A stretch of DNA of 58,292 nt from Candidatus Micrarchaeota archaeon (GTDB taxonomy: Archaea > Micrarchaeota > Micrarchaeia > Micrarchaeales > CABMGC01), in assembly GCA_046536675.1 (NCBI GenBank), contig JAWDMK010000002.1, forward strand, positions 1 through 58,292, in the 5' to 3' direction. Shown here one piece after another: positions 18,460 through 28,462 of the stretch. The notes below the pieces were generated by a model that had not been told where the DNA came from, ran no database searches, and saw only the letters and a program-made list of their open reading frames with translations. Made by a program: the position numbers and the translations under genes. Position 1 is the stretch's first letter. The number at the start of each line of letters is the position of its first letter.

Positions 18460-19182
18460 GTGCCTGAAGAAGCAATAACTCCAAAAGTAGAGGAGGTTGT
18501 ATTTGCAGGAACAATTAATGGAAAGATAGATGATCTGCTACCACTAGTTTCACAGCTCCCCGCTTATACAGCGAAGATAGAAGAAAACAAGCTTGTAATA
18601 GCAAGAGTTGAAAGTAGAGATATACATAAGAAACCTTTCCTCTTCTTTGTGTTCAAGATAAGCGAATCAGGGGTAGAGGTTATATACTCGATAGCACCAG
18701 ATACAAGCGTAAGGATGAGGAGGCTGTTTGTACTTAAGAATTTACTCTCTGTGCTTTCCATAATTTCTGATTACTTCAAGATAGATGAAAAGAAGTTCTA
18801 CCAATATCTTGACTCTTCTATAGATGATGTATTAAACAGTCTTTCAGAAAACTATAGCACGATATTTAACAGATACGACGCATTGCTAACAGAATATAGG
18901 GAACTAAAAAGACTTAACCTTGAGCTCTCTGCAGCGAATAGAAATCTTACAATACAAACCTCACAGCTCAACGAAGAGAACAAGCAGCTTAAGGCGCAAC
19001 TTGAGGCATTGCAAACATACTCTGATGAATCACTTATGGCTATGATACAGGACTGGATAGAATCCCACAATAACTCCATAGATATAGACGAGTTTGCAAA
19101 GATATACAAGGTACCTTCGCCAAGGGTGGAGCAGATACTTAACAAGATGGTCTCTCTGGGCTACATCGAGCTTAAGGGATAA
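18460..19182 (+). CDS. cytoplasmic protein: N-domain, coiled coil and C-terminal winged-HTH-like domain
   Basis: 240 aa with a GTG start. Heptad-rich centre (EYRELKRLNLELSAANRNLTIQTSQLNEENKQLKAQLEALQ). The C-terminus IDEFAKIYKVPSPRVEQILNKMVSLGYIE is wHTH-like. Confidence 0.55.
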   Translation: MPEEAITPKVEEVVFAGTINGKIDDLLPLVSQLPAYTAKIEENKLVIARVESRDIHKKPFLFFVFKISESGVEVIYSIAPDTSVRMRRLFVLKNLLSVLSIISDYFKIDEKKFYQYLDSSIDDVLNSLSENYSTIFNRYDALLTEYRELKRLNLELSAANRNLTIQTSQLNEENKQLKAQLEALQTYSDESLMAMIQDWIESHNNSIDIDEFAKIYKVPSPRVEQILNKMVSLGYIELKG

Positions 19183-19184
19183 GC

Positions 19185-19340
19185 ATGAAATACTATGTAA
19201 GCATTAACAAAAGAGTCAGGAATGTAAGAATATATAGGATTGTTAAAAAAGTAAATGAAAATACAAATAGTATATCTAGATTTGTTGCAAAGCTTGTGGA
19301 TAAATACATTGCTAAAAGGAAAGGGCAAACAGAGATATAG
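19185..19340 (+). CDS. small basic protein (51 aa), possible ribbon-helix-helix DNA binder
   Basis: ATG lies 2 nt after the previous stop. Sequence: MKYYVSINKRVRNVRIYRIVKKVNENTNSISRFVAKLVDKYIAKRKGQTEI. A beta-strand-like start followed by two helices is consistent with RHH. It is below the ORF-track length cut-off. Confidence 0.35.
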   Translation: MKYYVSINKRVRNVRIYRIVKKVNENTNSISRFVAKLVDKYIAKRKGQTEI

Positions 19341-19365
19341 TAGCTAGTATTATGGAAAGGATGTT

Positions 19366-21699
19366 ATGAAAGCTTCAAGGATCTTAATTATTAGTATTGC
19401 AATCATATTAATAATAGCAGCTTTTTTATTTGAACTCTCAGCATATGTACACTCACAGCTCAAAATCTCCACGCCAGCATATATAAGCTATGGTAAGCCT
19501 TATTTCAACTTCAGCATATATACAGAAGGTGTTTTGGGCTATGAAAATAACCAATATGCTGTTCCTTTTGTTGTTTTAAATTATACCGCATCTAATGTGA
19601 TAAACGCCACAATCTCTGTTAATTTTTATACCAGCAATCCAGTTAGGAATATTTATTATGTAAGCAGCCCAGCTATGTGCATAGGCTGCTTTAATGACCA
19701 AGAGGTTACAACAGCATTAAGATATTACCTACAGAGATATGCATTACTTAATGATGCAACATTCAATGTGGTAAACATTGGTGCGATAGGCTCAATACCC
19801 CCAAATTCTACTGTTATCTTGGCAACAGGCCTGCTTCCAATTACCCTTATGCCAAATAGCGGTTATAATGGAAATACAACGCTTCTAACCCTTCTTTCAA
19901 AGGGCGACACAGTAGTTTATGTAGGTGAAAATTTTTCAAGAAGCATTGGAACAGGCTCTATAATATTCAAGACAAGCCCTCAGAGTATACAAGCGCTCAA
20001 CCAGTATGGGCTAAACTGGAGTGTGCCCTCAACAAGCTCTAATTTATTTTATTTTAGTAACCCAACATTTTCACTTGCAAACAGGTATGGTAATATAAGC
20101 TATGTAAATGTGCTAAATGGAACACTTATAGCATTTTCAAACCAGCCAACAAGTGCATGGCCTAATGCTAGTTACATGGCCAGTGATATAGCATTTGCGC
20201 TTTATAGCAGGTTCTGGATACCAGAGATAGCATATGGCAACTATACACTTAGTAATCCAACAAGCGGCTCGCTTGGCATATTTGCGCTCCAGAAGTTCAT
20301 GAATTATAGCAATATTGGTAGAATAAACTATACCTACCCTTTGATAAATGTAGTCTTCAGCAATTCAACAAATTACTCTATAACATATAAGAGGTTCAAT
20401 ATACACGCTGAGCTTAATGGAAGCCTTAGCATACCTTCACCTATAGCAGAAACCCAAACAGTACCTATTGTAATAGGTATGAACATAAACTCACCAACAA
20501 AAAAACTCGTTATACCACATATTGATCTTTATACGGGCAACATGAGCTATGTTACCTCTATACCTATTGGCTTCTTTAATACCTCTACAGGAATCAACAT
20601 AATCAAATATGAGTCATTTGGCATGCGGAGTGGCTATTATATAGCAATACTTAGAGACTTCAACAATAAGCCTTATGCAGCTTCATTATTTGAGCTTGCA
20701 GGAATAGAGATAAACCCAATAGATTTGAATTTCAAGAATGGAACATTTGTGTTTAGTTTATCGAGCCTTGGCATGCCGATAGCAGATTCGACATACTCGA
20801 TAAGCCTAGACAACAGCTACCTTACAAGCGGGGTAACAAATAATAGCAAGATAGTATACAAGCTACCAAAGGGTAGTGTTATAGGCTATGGCACGCAAAC
20901 ATTTGAGATCAACATATTTAATAGCAAGTATACATACGTAACACAGTACACAAAAGAGATATTTCATATTCCTGTCTATTACATAGAGTTTGCTATTGTA
21001 ATAGCAATAGTCATTGTTTTGAATCTTGTCCTCAAAGCACCAAATAGAGATGAATATTATATAGACATACCTGAAATTCCACATTCTAAGAAGACACGCG
21101 TTGTAGTGCCAAAGAAGGAGATATTGGACCTTTTTGATAAAATAAACATGCATTACCATTGGAAGTACATGCCACTCTTGCCAGAGGAGATAAAGAGTGG
21201 TATAACATCAAACTTAAGGTATAACAACATGCCCATATCTATAACGCTTCAGAATGTCAATATAATATTAACAAAGCTTGTCAATTCAGGCGATCTTGTA
21301 AATATAAAAGATTATTTCGCACCAAAAAGATGGATTGATGAATCTGGCTATAGCATAGAGTATTTGGCAACGTTTAGGAGGCTTAGAGATTATTTTGTAA
21401 CGGCGGGCATATCATTTACGCCAGATCTAGGCGCAGCACAGGATGCAGATATAGATATAACAAAGAGTGGTGTTGAGGCACAGATATTTATATACGCCGA
21501 AACAGGTAAAAGGAGCAAGATATGGATTGGTGGCGATACAAAGAAATTTATTGTGTTCTTCGACGAAGAAAGAAGGCTCAAGTTTATTGAAACACTCTAT
21601 AGCTCTTTCGGAGATGAAAGTGAAGCCCTTAAGGTAGCTATAGCAAATGGGCTGATAAAGTTAATAGATACAGAGCATCTTGACCAGCTTATAATATAA
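19366..21699 (+). CDS. large bitopic surface glycoprotein with cytoplasmic C-terminal domain
   Basis: 777 aa. N-terminal signal/anchor, a sequon-rich ectodomain of about 520 aa, a second TM (YYIEFAIVIAIVIVLNLVL), then a cytoplasmic domain of about 210 aa. I recognise no family. Confidence 0.6.
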   Translation: MKASRILIISIAIILIIAAFLFELSAYVHSQLKISTPAYISYGKPYFNFSIYTEGVLGYENNQYAVPFVVLNYTASNVINATISVNFYTSNPVRNIYYVSSPAMCIGCFNDQEVTTALRYYLQRYALLNDATFNVVNIGAIGSIPPNSTVILATGLLPITLMPNSGYNGNTTLLTLLSKGDTVVYVGENFSRSIGTGSIIFKTSPQSIQALNQYGLNWSVPSTSSNLFYFSNPTFSLANRYGNISYVNVLNGTLIAFSNQPTSAWPNASYMASDIAFALYSRFWIPEIAYGNYTLSNPTSGSLGIFALQKFMNYSNIGRINYTYPLINVVFSNSTNYSITYKRFNIHAELNGSLSIPSPIAETQTVPIVIGMNINSPTKKLVIPHIDLYTGNMSYVTSIPIGFFNTSTGINIIKYESFGMRSGYYIAILRDFNNKPYAASLFELAGIEINPIDLNFKNGTFVFSLSSLGMPIADSTYSISLDNSYLTSGVTNNSKIVYKLPKGSVIGYGTQTFEINIFNSKYTYVTQYTKEIFHIPVYYIEFAIVIAIVIVLNLVLKAPNRDEYYIDIPEIPHSKKTRVVVPKKEILDLFDKINMHYHWKYMPLLPEEIKSGITSNLRYNNMPISITLQNVNIILTKLVNSGDLVNIKDYFAPKRWIDESGYSIEYLATFRRLRDYFVTAGISFTPDLGAAQDADIDITKSGVEAQIFIYAETGKRSKIWIGGDTKKFIVFFDEERRLKFIETLYSSFGDESEALKVAIANGLIKLIDTEHLDQLII

Positions 21700-23328
21700 T
21701 TAGCTTTCCTCTTTGCTTTCATCCCCGCTCGCTTCTTGCTCTTCATCTTTTGTGCTGGTAGATTGTTCATCTGTTTCGAAAAGCTTTTTGTACTTTGTAT
21801 CAACAAGCTTCTTAAGTTTCTCCTCTAAAATTTCTTGCTTATGCCCGGTAAGCTCAGAAAGGTCACCTGAAAGCTGCGTTATATAACGCATTATGGTTTT
21901 GTATTTTGATTCTGCAAGGCTTCTGCTCCTTACATTGCTTATGTAGCGCTGAATATTTCTCGCGGCATCCATTACCGCTAGCTTTATCTCATCTATAATT
22001 GTATCTTCTTGTGCTATCGCCTGCTTGCCAACGCCAGAATAAGGAACAAAAACTGAAGAAACGTTTACAAGAACACTTACAGGTTCTTGTTCAAAGTCTT
22101 TAATACCATATCTCTTCCAGTCTATGCTCCTAACAGCATATGTTATAGCACATGTTGAGCTATCAAACAGTAAAGGTACCTTATTTGCAAACCTTATAAT
22201 ATTGCCGCCAGCTTCTTCACCTTCGCCATTCTTTCTTCCAGCACCGCCTCCATATGCAATAGCTGCTTCGACTACAAAAGGAATACCTCCTCTAAATACC
22301 TTTGGCTTTCTTTCCACAACAGAGATAAACTCAGGATTTATGATATTTTTCATAGCAGGCTCCAGGTATTTTTCACCTATCGGCGATACAGAATCAAACT
22401 CTGGCGCAACCCATTTCATAGACTTAAATGCCTTTATCAGCTCCTCTGCTTCCTGCCATGTGAGCTCTTTTGGGTTTTTTGAGAGATCAAAGTTTACAAG
22501 CTGCTTTAATTCATTTATCTTTGTATCAGATACCCTTGAGAAGGTATCAATAAGAAAAGATGATATACGCCTGCTTTCGCTTCTGTGTGCAAACTCGACA
22601 AGATCACCAGGCTCAAGACCGAGAGGGTGAGGCTTTACCACCTTTGGCTTTTTGGGCATTGTGTTTACTGAGCGCAGGAATGTATATTCTTTTCCTGTTG
22701 GATCAAGAAGAGAGATGCTTGCATGCGGATTAGCAAGCGCTGTCCTTTTTATATATTCAAAAACACCATGCTCGCTATTTTCATATTTTACATCCGCAAA
22801 TTCACCATATACCTCTAAGCCCCTAAATTCAAGGCTTACATCTTTCATATTTGAAACTACTGGCTTATTACTCTTTATGTCGATAGAGATATCACATTCA
22901 TACGACTCCCTTCCTGTCGAAGACCTTACATGCACCGGCTTGCCTGTTGTTATCTGGGCAAAAAGAGTGCAGCCAGATGCACCTATGCCCTGCTGGCCTC
23001 TCTGCTGCATATATCTATGGAACTTTGTTCCGGCAAGTATTGAAGCGAGAGCCTTACCCACGATATTTTTTGGTATGCCAGGACCATTATCCCTTACAAG
23101 AACACTATATTTATCTTCTCCTATCTCCTTTACTTCCACCCTTATTTCAGGAAGTATGTGTGCTTCTTCAGCAGCATCGAGCGAGTTAGTAACATACTCA
23201 TGAACTATTGTTGTTAGTGATCTAACCTTACCCGCATAGCCCAGCATCTGCCTATTTTTCCTGAAGAATTCTGCTATCGAATTTTCCTTAAACTCCTTAA
23301 AAAGCTCATCGGCTATGCTCTCCATCAA
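21700..23328 (-). CDS. top6B: DNA topoisomerase VI subunit B
   Basis: 542 aa. GHKL/Bergerat fold motifs are present (VHEYVTNSLDAAEE, VRDNGPGIP, GQQGIGASG), with a transducer domain and an acidic C-terminal tail. Confidence 0.9.
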   Translation of the reverse strand: MMESIADELFKEFKENSIAEFFRKNRQMLGYAGKVRSLTTIVHEYVTNSLDAAEEAHILPEIRVEVKEIGEDKYSVLVRDNGPGIPKNIVGKALASILAGTKFHRYMQQRGQQGIGASGCTLFAQITTGKPVHVRSSTGRESYECDISIDIKSNKPVVSNMKDVSLEFRGLEVYGEFADVKYENSEHGVFEYIKRTALANPHASISLLDPTGKEYTFLRSVNTMPKKPKVVKPHPLGLEPGDLVEFAHRSESRRISSFLIDTFSRVSDTKINELKQLVNFDLSKNPKELTWQEAEELIKAFKSMKWVAPEFDSVSPIGEKYLEPAMKNIINPEFISVVERKPKVFRGGIPFVVEAAIAYGGGAGRKNGEGEEAGGNIIRFANKVPLLFDSSTCAITYAVRSIDWKRYGIKDFEQEPVSVLVNVSSVFVPYSGVGKQAIAQEDTIIDEIKLAVMDAARNIQRYISNVRSRSLAESKYKTIMRYITQLSGDLSELTGHKQEILEEKLKKLVDTKYKKLFETDEQSTSTKDEEQEASGDESKEES

Positions 23329-23828
23329 TAAACACCAAGCCTCTTTCTAGTAGCTTCCATAACCCTATACGCCTTTTTATGCGTGCCGCCATCTATTAGC
23401 ACATTTATTGCAGATTCTGCTATTGCAATTTCTTCGTTTGTTCCTATTATGCTTATCGTTCCGCCGAATATGCTCAGCTGTGCACCGCTTACCTCTTCTA
23501 TATATTTTTTGCTCTTTCCCTCTTTTCCTATTACCCTACCTTCTATCATTATTATCCTATCTTTACTCTTAAAGATTTCTTTTAGATTTATTGACTTAAA
23601 GAAATAATTTTCTGAGAGAAGCTTATATGCATTATTGAGATCAAAGCCCCTGCCAAATGCTGTGATCACATTTCTAGCATTGTATTCATCGTACGGCTCG
23701 CCATCTATAATTATCTCATTCTCATCTTCTATTCTTATCTTGCACTTTAGTCTTTTGCTAAGCTCGGCTAAATGAGCCTTGAGCTGCTCAGCCCTCTTCC
23801 TCGGTATAAGAAGCTGCTGCATATGCAA
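23325..23828 (-). CDS. KH-domain RNA-binding protein (archaeal Dim2/Pno1-like, COG1094)
   Basis: 167 aa with two KH-like modules (VIGKEGKSKKYIEEVSGAQLSI). It overlaps top6B by 4 nt. Confidence 0.7.
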   Translation of the reverse strand: MHMQQLLIPRKRAEQLKAHLAELSKRLKCKIRIEDENEIIIDGEPYDEYNARNVITAFGRGFDLNNAYKLLSENYFFKSINLKEIFKSKDRIIMIEGRVIGKEGKSKKYIEEVSGAQLSIFGGTISIIGTNEEIAIAESAINVLIDGGTHKKAYRVMEATRKRLGVY

Positions 23829-23981
23829 TCCTTAATATATTTTTCGTACAAATATATAAAGATTTGAGAAGCAAGTCAGATACGCTAAGCAATTAATTTT
23901 ATTCTCTTTTTGTTAAGTGGAAGTTATATAAAGTAGCAAAATATTTAAATATCTTAATCATTACAAGTATATGTGATTCTA

Positions 23982-24031
23982 TCATGATTCTTTCATGCAT
24001 GGTTTGTGCATGCATCATAGAAGGATCATGA
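23982..24031. promoter_or_regulatory. cluster of self-palindromic motifs between TATA-like box and the wHTH gene start
   Basis: (A)TCATGA lies at 23981-23987 and 24025-24031. These flank CATGCATG (23994-24001) and TGCATGCA (24007-24014). An AAATATTTAAATAT TATA-like element sits about 30-40 nt upstream. Confidence 0.35.
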
Positions 24032-24037
24032 AAAGGT

Positions 24038-24514
24038 GTGGCTGTGGATAAAAAAGAAATCGAGGAGGAGCTTGAAAGACTTAAGAAAGAGATAAGCAGG
24101 CTTAACAGCAGCGATAATGCTTATCCTGATGATGCTCAAGAACTTATCAAATATATGGTGGCTGAGAGGGAGAGAACAAATAAGATCCTTGCCAGTATCA
24201 CAGAGAAGATAAAGGAGCTTAGTGAAAGGTTAGATGAGCTTGATGAAGGACCAGCAAAACTAGAAAAGCCTAAAGAGGTGCCATTATCTGATACAGACGC
24301 TAAAATAATTGAATTTGTACAAACAAAGGGTATGGCCTGCGCAGATGAGGTAAAAGAGTTTATGCATTATAAAGGAAGAAATGCAGCCTGCGCGAGGCTT
24401 AATAGACTTCATATGCTGGGCCTTCTGGATAGATACCAGCTAGGCCACAAGGTTTATTATAAATATGATGCTGGCAAGGCGATCAATACGCTAATTGTAT
24501 CACCTCCACAGTAA
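24038..24514 (+). CDS. coiled-coil plus C-terminal winged-HTH (MarR/TrmB-like) putative transcription regulator
   Basis: 158 aa with a GTG start after a GGTG SD-like element. LSDTDAKIIEFVQTKGMACADEVKEFMHYKGRNAACARLNRLHMLGLLDR is a typical wHTH. Confidence 0.6.
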   Translation: MAVDKKEIEEELERLKKEISRLNSSDNAYPDDAQELIKYMVAERERTNKILASITEKIKELSERLDELDEGPAKLEKPKEVPLSDTDAKIIEFVQTKGMACADEVKEFMHYKGRNAACARLNRLHMLGLLDRYQLGHKVYYKYDAGKAINTLIVSPPQ

Positions 24515-24593
24515 ACTACCTAGGCCTGCTTCCCCCCAAAGCAGGCCTTTTCCCCACTAAACCAAACACTAGCCTTTTATTTTTATTTTTTAT

Positions 24594-25808
24594 TTAGACA
24601 GGAACAGCATATCCTGTAAGCCTCCAACGCTGTGAGATATTTCTAAGGATTGGTATCTTTATATTTTTATCAACGCATGCTGGATGCTTCAGCAAAACAT
24701 AAATCTTATTCTTCTTAACAGATTTTATGAAACCTATTGCTGTTGCTGTGCCTATACCCAATATTATTGGTTCGTTCTCCTTTAAAGCTTGCTTTGGAAC
24801 ATCATCTCTTTCTATCAGGTGATATTCTAAGTTAAGCTCATTTGTCTGTGGGGGGAGCTTATTTACTAATCCAACAACATTTCCAACTAGGTTATCTGCC
24901 TTTGTAAACGATGGATCAATCCCTGTGCCAAGTGCTATTAAGCCACCTGGCAGAGCCTCTTCTATCTCGCCCATGCTCGTTGAAATCGACCTTATTGTTG
25001 TTATTATAGGCTTATACTCTTCTTTCTTTTTGTCCTTGCTTATGTTTATTCCCGGTCTTATCTCTATCTTGTCTCCTTTCTTAAACTTACCTCTTATAAG
25101 AGACCCACCAACCACACCGCCAAGTAATGCATTTATATCAGTACCGGGCTTATTAACATCAAAAGATCTTGCAACATACATTAGCGGATCAGCATTAAGA
25201 TCTCTCTCAGGTATCTTTATCTCGCTTATAGCCTTTAGAAGCACATCTATGTTAATATTCTTGCTTGCTATTACAGGTATTATCGGCGCATTCTCTGCTA
25301 TCGTTCCTTTCACAAACTTTTTTATCTCCTTGTAATGCTCTTTTGCACGCTCTTTTCCAACAATATCAACCTTTGTCTGAACTATTATTATATTCTTAAT
25401 GCCTAGCATGTTTATAATCATAAGGTGCTCCTTTGTCTGAGGCATAGGGCATGGCTCTGTTGCAGCAATAACAAATAAAACAGCATCTATTATGCTTGAG
25501 CCTGCAATCGCTGTGGCCATGAGCATTTCGTGTCCAGGTGCATCGAGTATAGAGATTCTTCTTATAGGCTTTGCTTCGCCGCCGCAATTAGCACATTTTT
25601 CGCTGGTGGTATAAGCCTCTGGGCCATCACAATTTTCACACTTCCTTATCACAGCATCAGCATAGCCCAGCTTTATTGTCATGCTTCTTTTTATACTCTC
25701 GCTATGCCTATCTGTGAAAACACCTGTTATTGCCTTGGTTAGTGTAGTTTTGCCATGGTCTACATGACCTAGCGTTCCTATATTAAGCTCACTTTGCAAA
25801 AGCTCCAA
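24594..25808 (-). CDS. eif2g: translation initiation factor aIF2 gamma subunit
   Basis: 404 aa. G1 motif GHVDHGKTT, zinc-knuckle CENCDG...CANCGG, DAPGH, and QTKVD (NKxD-type G4 motif). Confidence 0.95.
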   Translation of the reverse strand: MELLQSELNIGTLGHVDHGKTTLTKAITGVFTDRHSESIKRSMTIKLGYADAVIRKCENCDGPEAYTTSEKCANCGGEAKPIRRISILDAPGHEMLMATAIAGSSIIDAVLFVIAATEPCPMPQTKEHLMIINMLGIKNIIIVQTKVDIVGKERAKEHYKEIKKFVKGTIAENAPIIPVIASKNINIDVLLKAISEIKIPERDLNADPLMYVARSFDVNKPGTDINALLGGVVGGSLIRGKFKKGDKIEIRPGINISKDKKKEEYKPIITTIRSISTSMGEIEEALPGGLIALGTGIDPSFTKADNLVGNVVGLVNKLPPQTNELNLEYHLIERDDVPKQALKENEPIILGIGTATAIGFIKSVKKNKIYVLLKHPACVDKNIKIPILRNISQRWRLTGYAVPV

Positions 25809-26225
25809 CTATTCACCTTCCTTCTTAGCCGATTTGAAGATCTCTTCAACAGGCGTAGAGCCATATTCCACAATAACGGTGTTTATCTGCACAGTATCTG
25901 GGGCTATTGTATTGCCTCTTACCATCCTTTTTCTTCGCTCACCTTTTTTAGGCTTTCTTATTCCAGGACCAGAGCTAAGGAGAGGCCACGCCTTTCTTGT
26001 ACCTTCTATCTCTATCCTAGAAGGAGCCCCTGTTTGATCGCTAAGACCAGTTATTTCAAGCTTATAGCCGTCTAATCCTATTATCGAGCCGTCTATCTGC
26101 TCTTTCATCTTTTTACCTATCAAAAGTGCCTCCTTCTCCTTTGGCACATCGCGCTGTGCTGTTTTTCCAGTTTTCCTATCAGAATAAACAATCTTCAAAA
26201 AATCACCCATCTTATCATTAAGCAT
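25809..26225 (-). CDS. rps6e: 30S ribosomal protein S6e
   Basis: 138 aa. GYKLEITGLSDQTGAPSR...GERRKRMVRGNTI is present. It abuts eif2g, a conserved archaeal gene pair. Confidence 0.9.
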   Translation of the reverse strand: MLNDKMGDFLKIVYSDRKTGKTAQRDVPKEKEALLIGKKMKEQIDGSIIGLDGYKLEITGLSDQTGAPSRIEIEGTRKAWPLLSSGPGIRKPKKGERRKRMVRGNTIAPDTVQINTVIVEYGSTPVEEIFKSAKKEGE

Positions 26226-26252
26226 TGCTAATTCTATTGCAAAGCCTGATGC

Positions 26253-28442
26253 TTACCTATACATGCTTGTTGGCTCTTCCTTGAACCTCTTTATCCTCTC
26301 TGTCACCTCCTTTGGTATTGTAGGCTTAACCTCCTGCAAAGCCTTCTGAAAGTCCTCTCTGGTTACATAATCCCTGTTAGCTCTTATTGCATTCATTCCC
26401 GCTTCTCTGCAAATGTTCTCGATCTCAGCACCTGTATAGCCATCTGTCTGATTTGCAAGCTCTTCAAGATTAACGCTCTTGTCAAGAGGCATGTTTTTTG
26501 TATGAACCTTGAATATTGCTAGCCTTGTTTCGGCATCAGGCATAGGTATCTCAATTATTCTGTCAAATCTTCCTGGCCTAAGAAGTGCAGGATCTATAGC
26601 TTCTGGCCTGTTTGTTGCTGCAAGCACAACAACATTCTTAAGACCAGCGAGCCCATCCATCTCTGTAAGAAGCGTGTCTACAACACGTCTAGAAACACCA
26701 GAATCAAATTCGTCTTCACTTCCCCTTGCACTTGCTATCGAGTCAATTTCATCTATGAATATAATGCAAGGCGCTGCAAGCCTCGCCTTCCTAAAGATCT
26801 CTCTTACTGTTTTTTCGCTCTCTCCCACATACTTGCTTAAAACTTCTGGCCCTTTTATCGATATGAAGTTTGACTCTCTCTCTGTTGCAACAGCTTTTGC
26901 AAGGAGTGTTTTGCCAACTCCTGGTGGTCCTACAAGAAGAACACCTTTTACGGGCCTTATACCCATCTTCTCAAAAGCTTCAGGCTTCTTTAACGGCAAT
27001 TCCACCGCTTCTTTAAGCTCCTCCTTTACCTTATCTAAGCCACCTATATCACTCCAGCGCACATTCGGCCTTTCTACAAACACTTCTCTCAAAGCACTAG
27101 GCTGTATATTCCTTAGCGCTTCCATGAAGTGCTCCTTTGTTACCTGGAGCTCATTCAAAATTTCAGCAGGTATATGCTGCTTGTCTATTATCTTTGGAAG
27201 TATAGACCTTAGTGTTGCCATTGCTGCCTCTCTAACAAGGGCGCTGAGATCTGCACCGGTGTAGCCGTGCGTTATATTTGCAAGCTCATCTAAGTCAACG
27301 TCCTTTGCTAGAGGCATGTTCCTTGTGTGAATCTGCAAAATTTCCTTTCTTGCGTTTCTGTCAGGAACACCTATCTCTATCTCTCTATCAAATCTGCCAG
27401 GTCTTCTCAATGCAGGATCTATAGCTTCTGGCCTGTTTGTTGCTGCAAGCACAATTACCTGCCCTCTCTTTGAGATACCATCCATTAGTGTAAGAAGCTG
27501 TGAAACCATTCTTCTCTCTACCTCGTTTGTTGCTTCCTCTCTTTTAGGCGCTATCGCATCGATCTCATCCATGAAGATTATGCTAGGCGCTTTCTCATTA
27601 GCTTCCTTAAAGATCATCCTAAGCTTTTCCTCGCTCTCACCGACAAACTTACTTACAAGCTCTGGTCCTGAGATAGATATGAAATTAGCATCGCTCTCAT
27701 TTGCAACTGCTTTTGCAAGAAGTGTTTTGCCTGTGCCTGGCGGTCCATAGAGAAGAACGCCCTTAGGTGGCTCTATGCCTAGCCTTTCAAAAAGTTCAGG
27801 ATACCTTATTGGCAGTTCTACCATCTCTCTTATCTTTTGTATCTCGTTCTTAAGTCCACCAATATCTTCATAGTGGACCTCGCCTATTCTTACGAGCGAC
27901 TCAGAGACAGGCTCCTCCTTAACAATTAGATCGGTTTCTTTTGTTACCCTTACTATTCCATGTGGAACTACTTGCACAACAAGGAAATTGAATACAATAC
28001 CAAACATAGGTATTGGGACTACATCCCCTTTTGACATAGGCTTGCCTTCCCACTTTCTTTTAGCATATTCCGCAAAATCAGGCGATAACGGCATCTTCTG
28101 CCCTGGCGGTGGCGCTAAAACAATGCGCTCTGCATCTTTAACATCTGCCTTTGATACAAAGACTTTATCACCAATACCAACACCAACATTCTGCCTTATA
28201 TAACCATCGATTCTTATAAAGCCAAGACCTTCATCGCTAGGATGTGCTTGCCAGACAACAGCCGCTGTAGATTTTATCTTTCCTTTTATCTCTATTATAT
28301 CGCCAGAAACAACATCAAGAAGCTTCCTAGATTTAGAGTCTATTCTAGCTATACCTCTGCCTGAATCTGTTACTAGCGCATCTGCAACAGTAAGCTCTAT
28401 ACCATTAGCCATACCACCACAGCAATCTAATAATATTAGCAA
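26253..28442 (-). CDS. cdc48: CDC48/VCP-type AAA+ ATPase (two AAA domains)
   Basis: Two Walker A motifs ([16 protein letters not shown]) follow a double-psi-barrel N-domain (GRGIARID...). The probable true start is the internal Met at 28412 (MANGIELTV). Confidence 0.95.
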   Translation of the reverse strand: MLILLDCCGGMANGIELTVADALVTDSGRGIARIDSKSRKLLDVVSGDIIEIKGKIKSTAAVVWQAHPSDEGLGFIRIDGYIRQNVGVGIGDKVFVSKADVKDAERIVLAPPPGQKMPLSPDFAEYAKRKWEGKPMSKGDVVPIPMFGIVFNFLVVQVVPHGIVRVTKETDLIVKEEPVSESLVRIGEVHYEDIGGLKNEIQKIREMVELPIRYPELFERLGIEPPKGVLLYGPPGTGKTLLAKAVANESDANFISISGPELVSKFVGESEEKLRMIFKEANEKAPSIIFMDEIDAIAPKREEATNEVERRMVSQLLTLMDGISKRGQVIVLAATNRPEAIDPALRRPGRFDREIEIGVPDRNARKEILQIHTRNMPLAKDVDLDELANITHGYTGADLSALVREAAMATLRSILPKIIDKQHIPAEILNELQVTKEHFMEALRNIQPSALREVFVERPNVRWSDIGGLDKVKEELKEAVELPLKKPEAFEKMGIRPVKGVLLVGPPGVGKTLLAKAVATERESNFISIKGPEVLSKYVGESEKTVREIFRKARLAAPCIIFIDEIDSIASARGSEDEFDSGVSRRVVDTLLTEMDGLAGLKNVVVLAATNRPEAIDPALLRPGRFDRIIEIPMPDAETRLAIFKVHTKNMPLDKSVNLEELANQTDGYTGAEIENICREAGMNAIRANRDYVTREDFQKALQEVKPTIPKEVTERIKRFKEEPTSMYR

Positions 28443-28462
28443 GCAAATTTATATATATTCTT

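Noticed and set aside
22124-23203. Plus-strand ORFs of 168, 183 and 80 aa inside top6B
   Set aside because: They are antisense shadows of a confidently identified gene and show no motifs.
26509-27264. 251 aa plus-strand ORF inside cdc48
   Set aside because: It is antisense to a highly conserved AAA+ gene, and its Ser/Leu-rich translation is typical of shadow frames.
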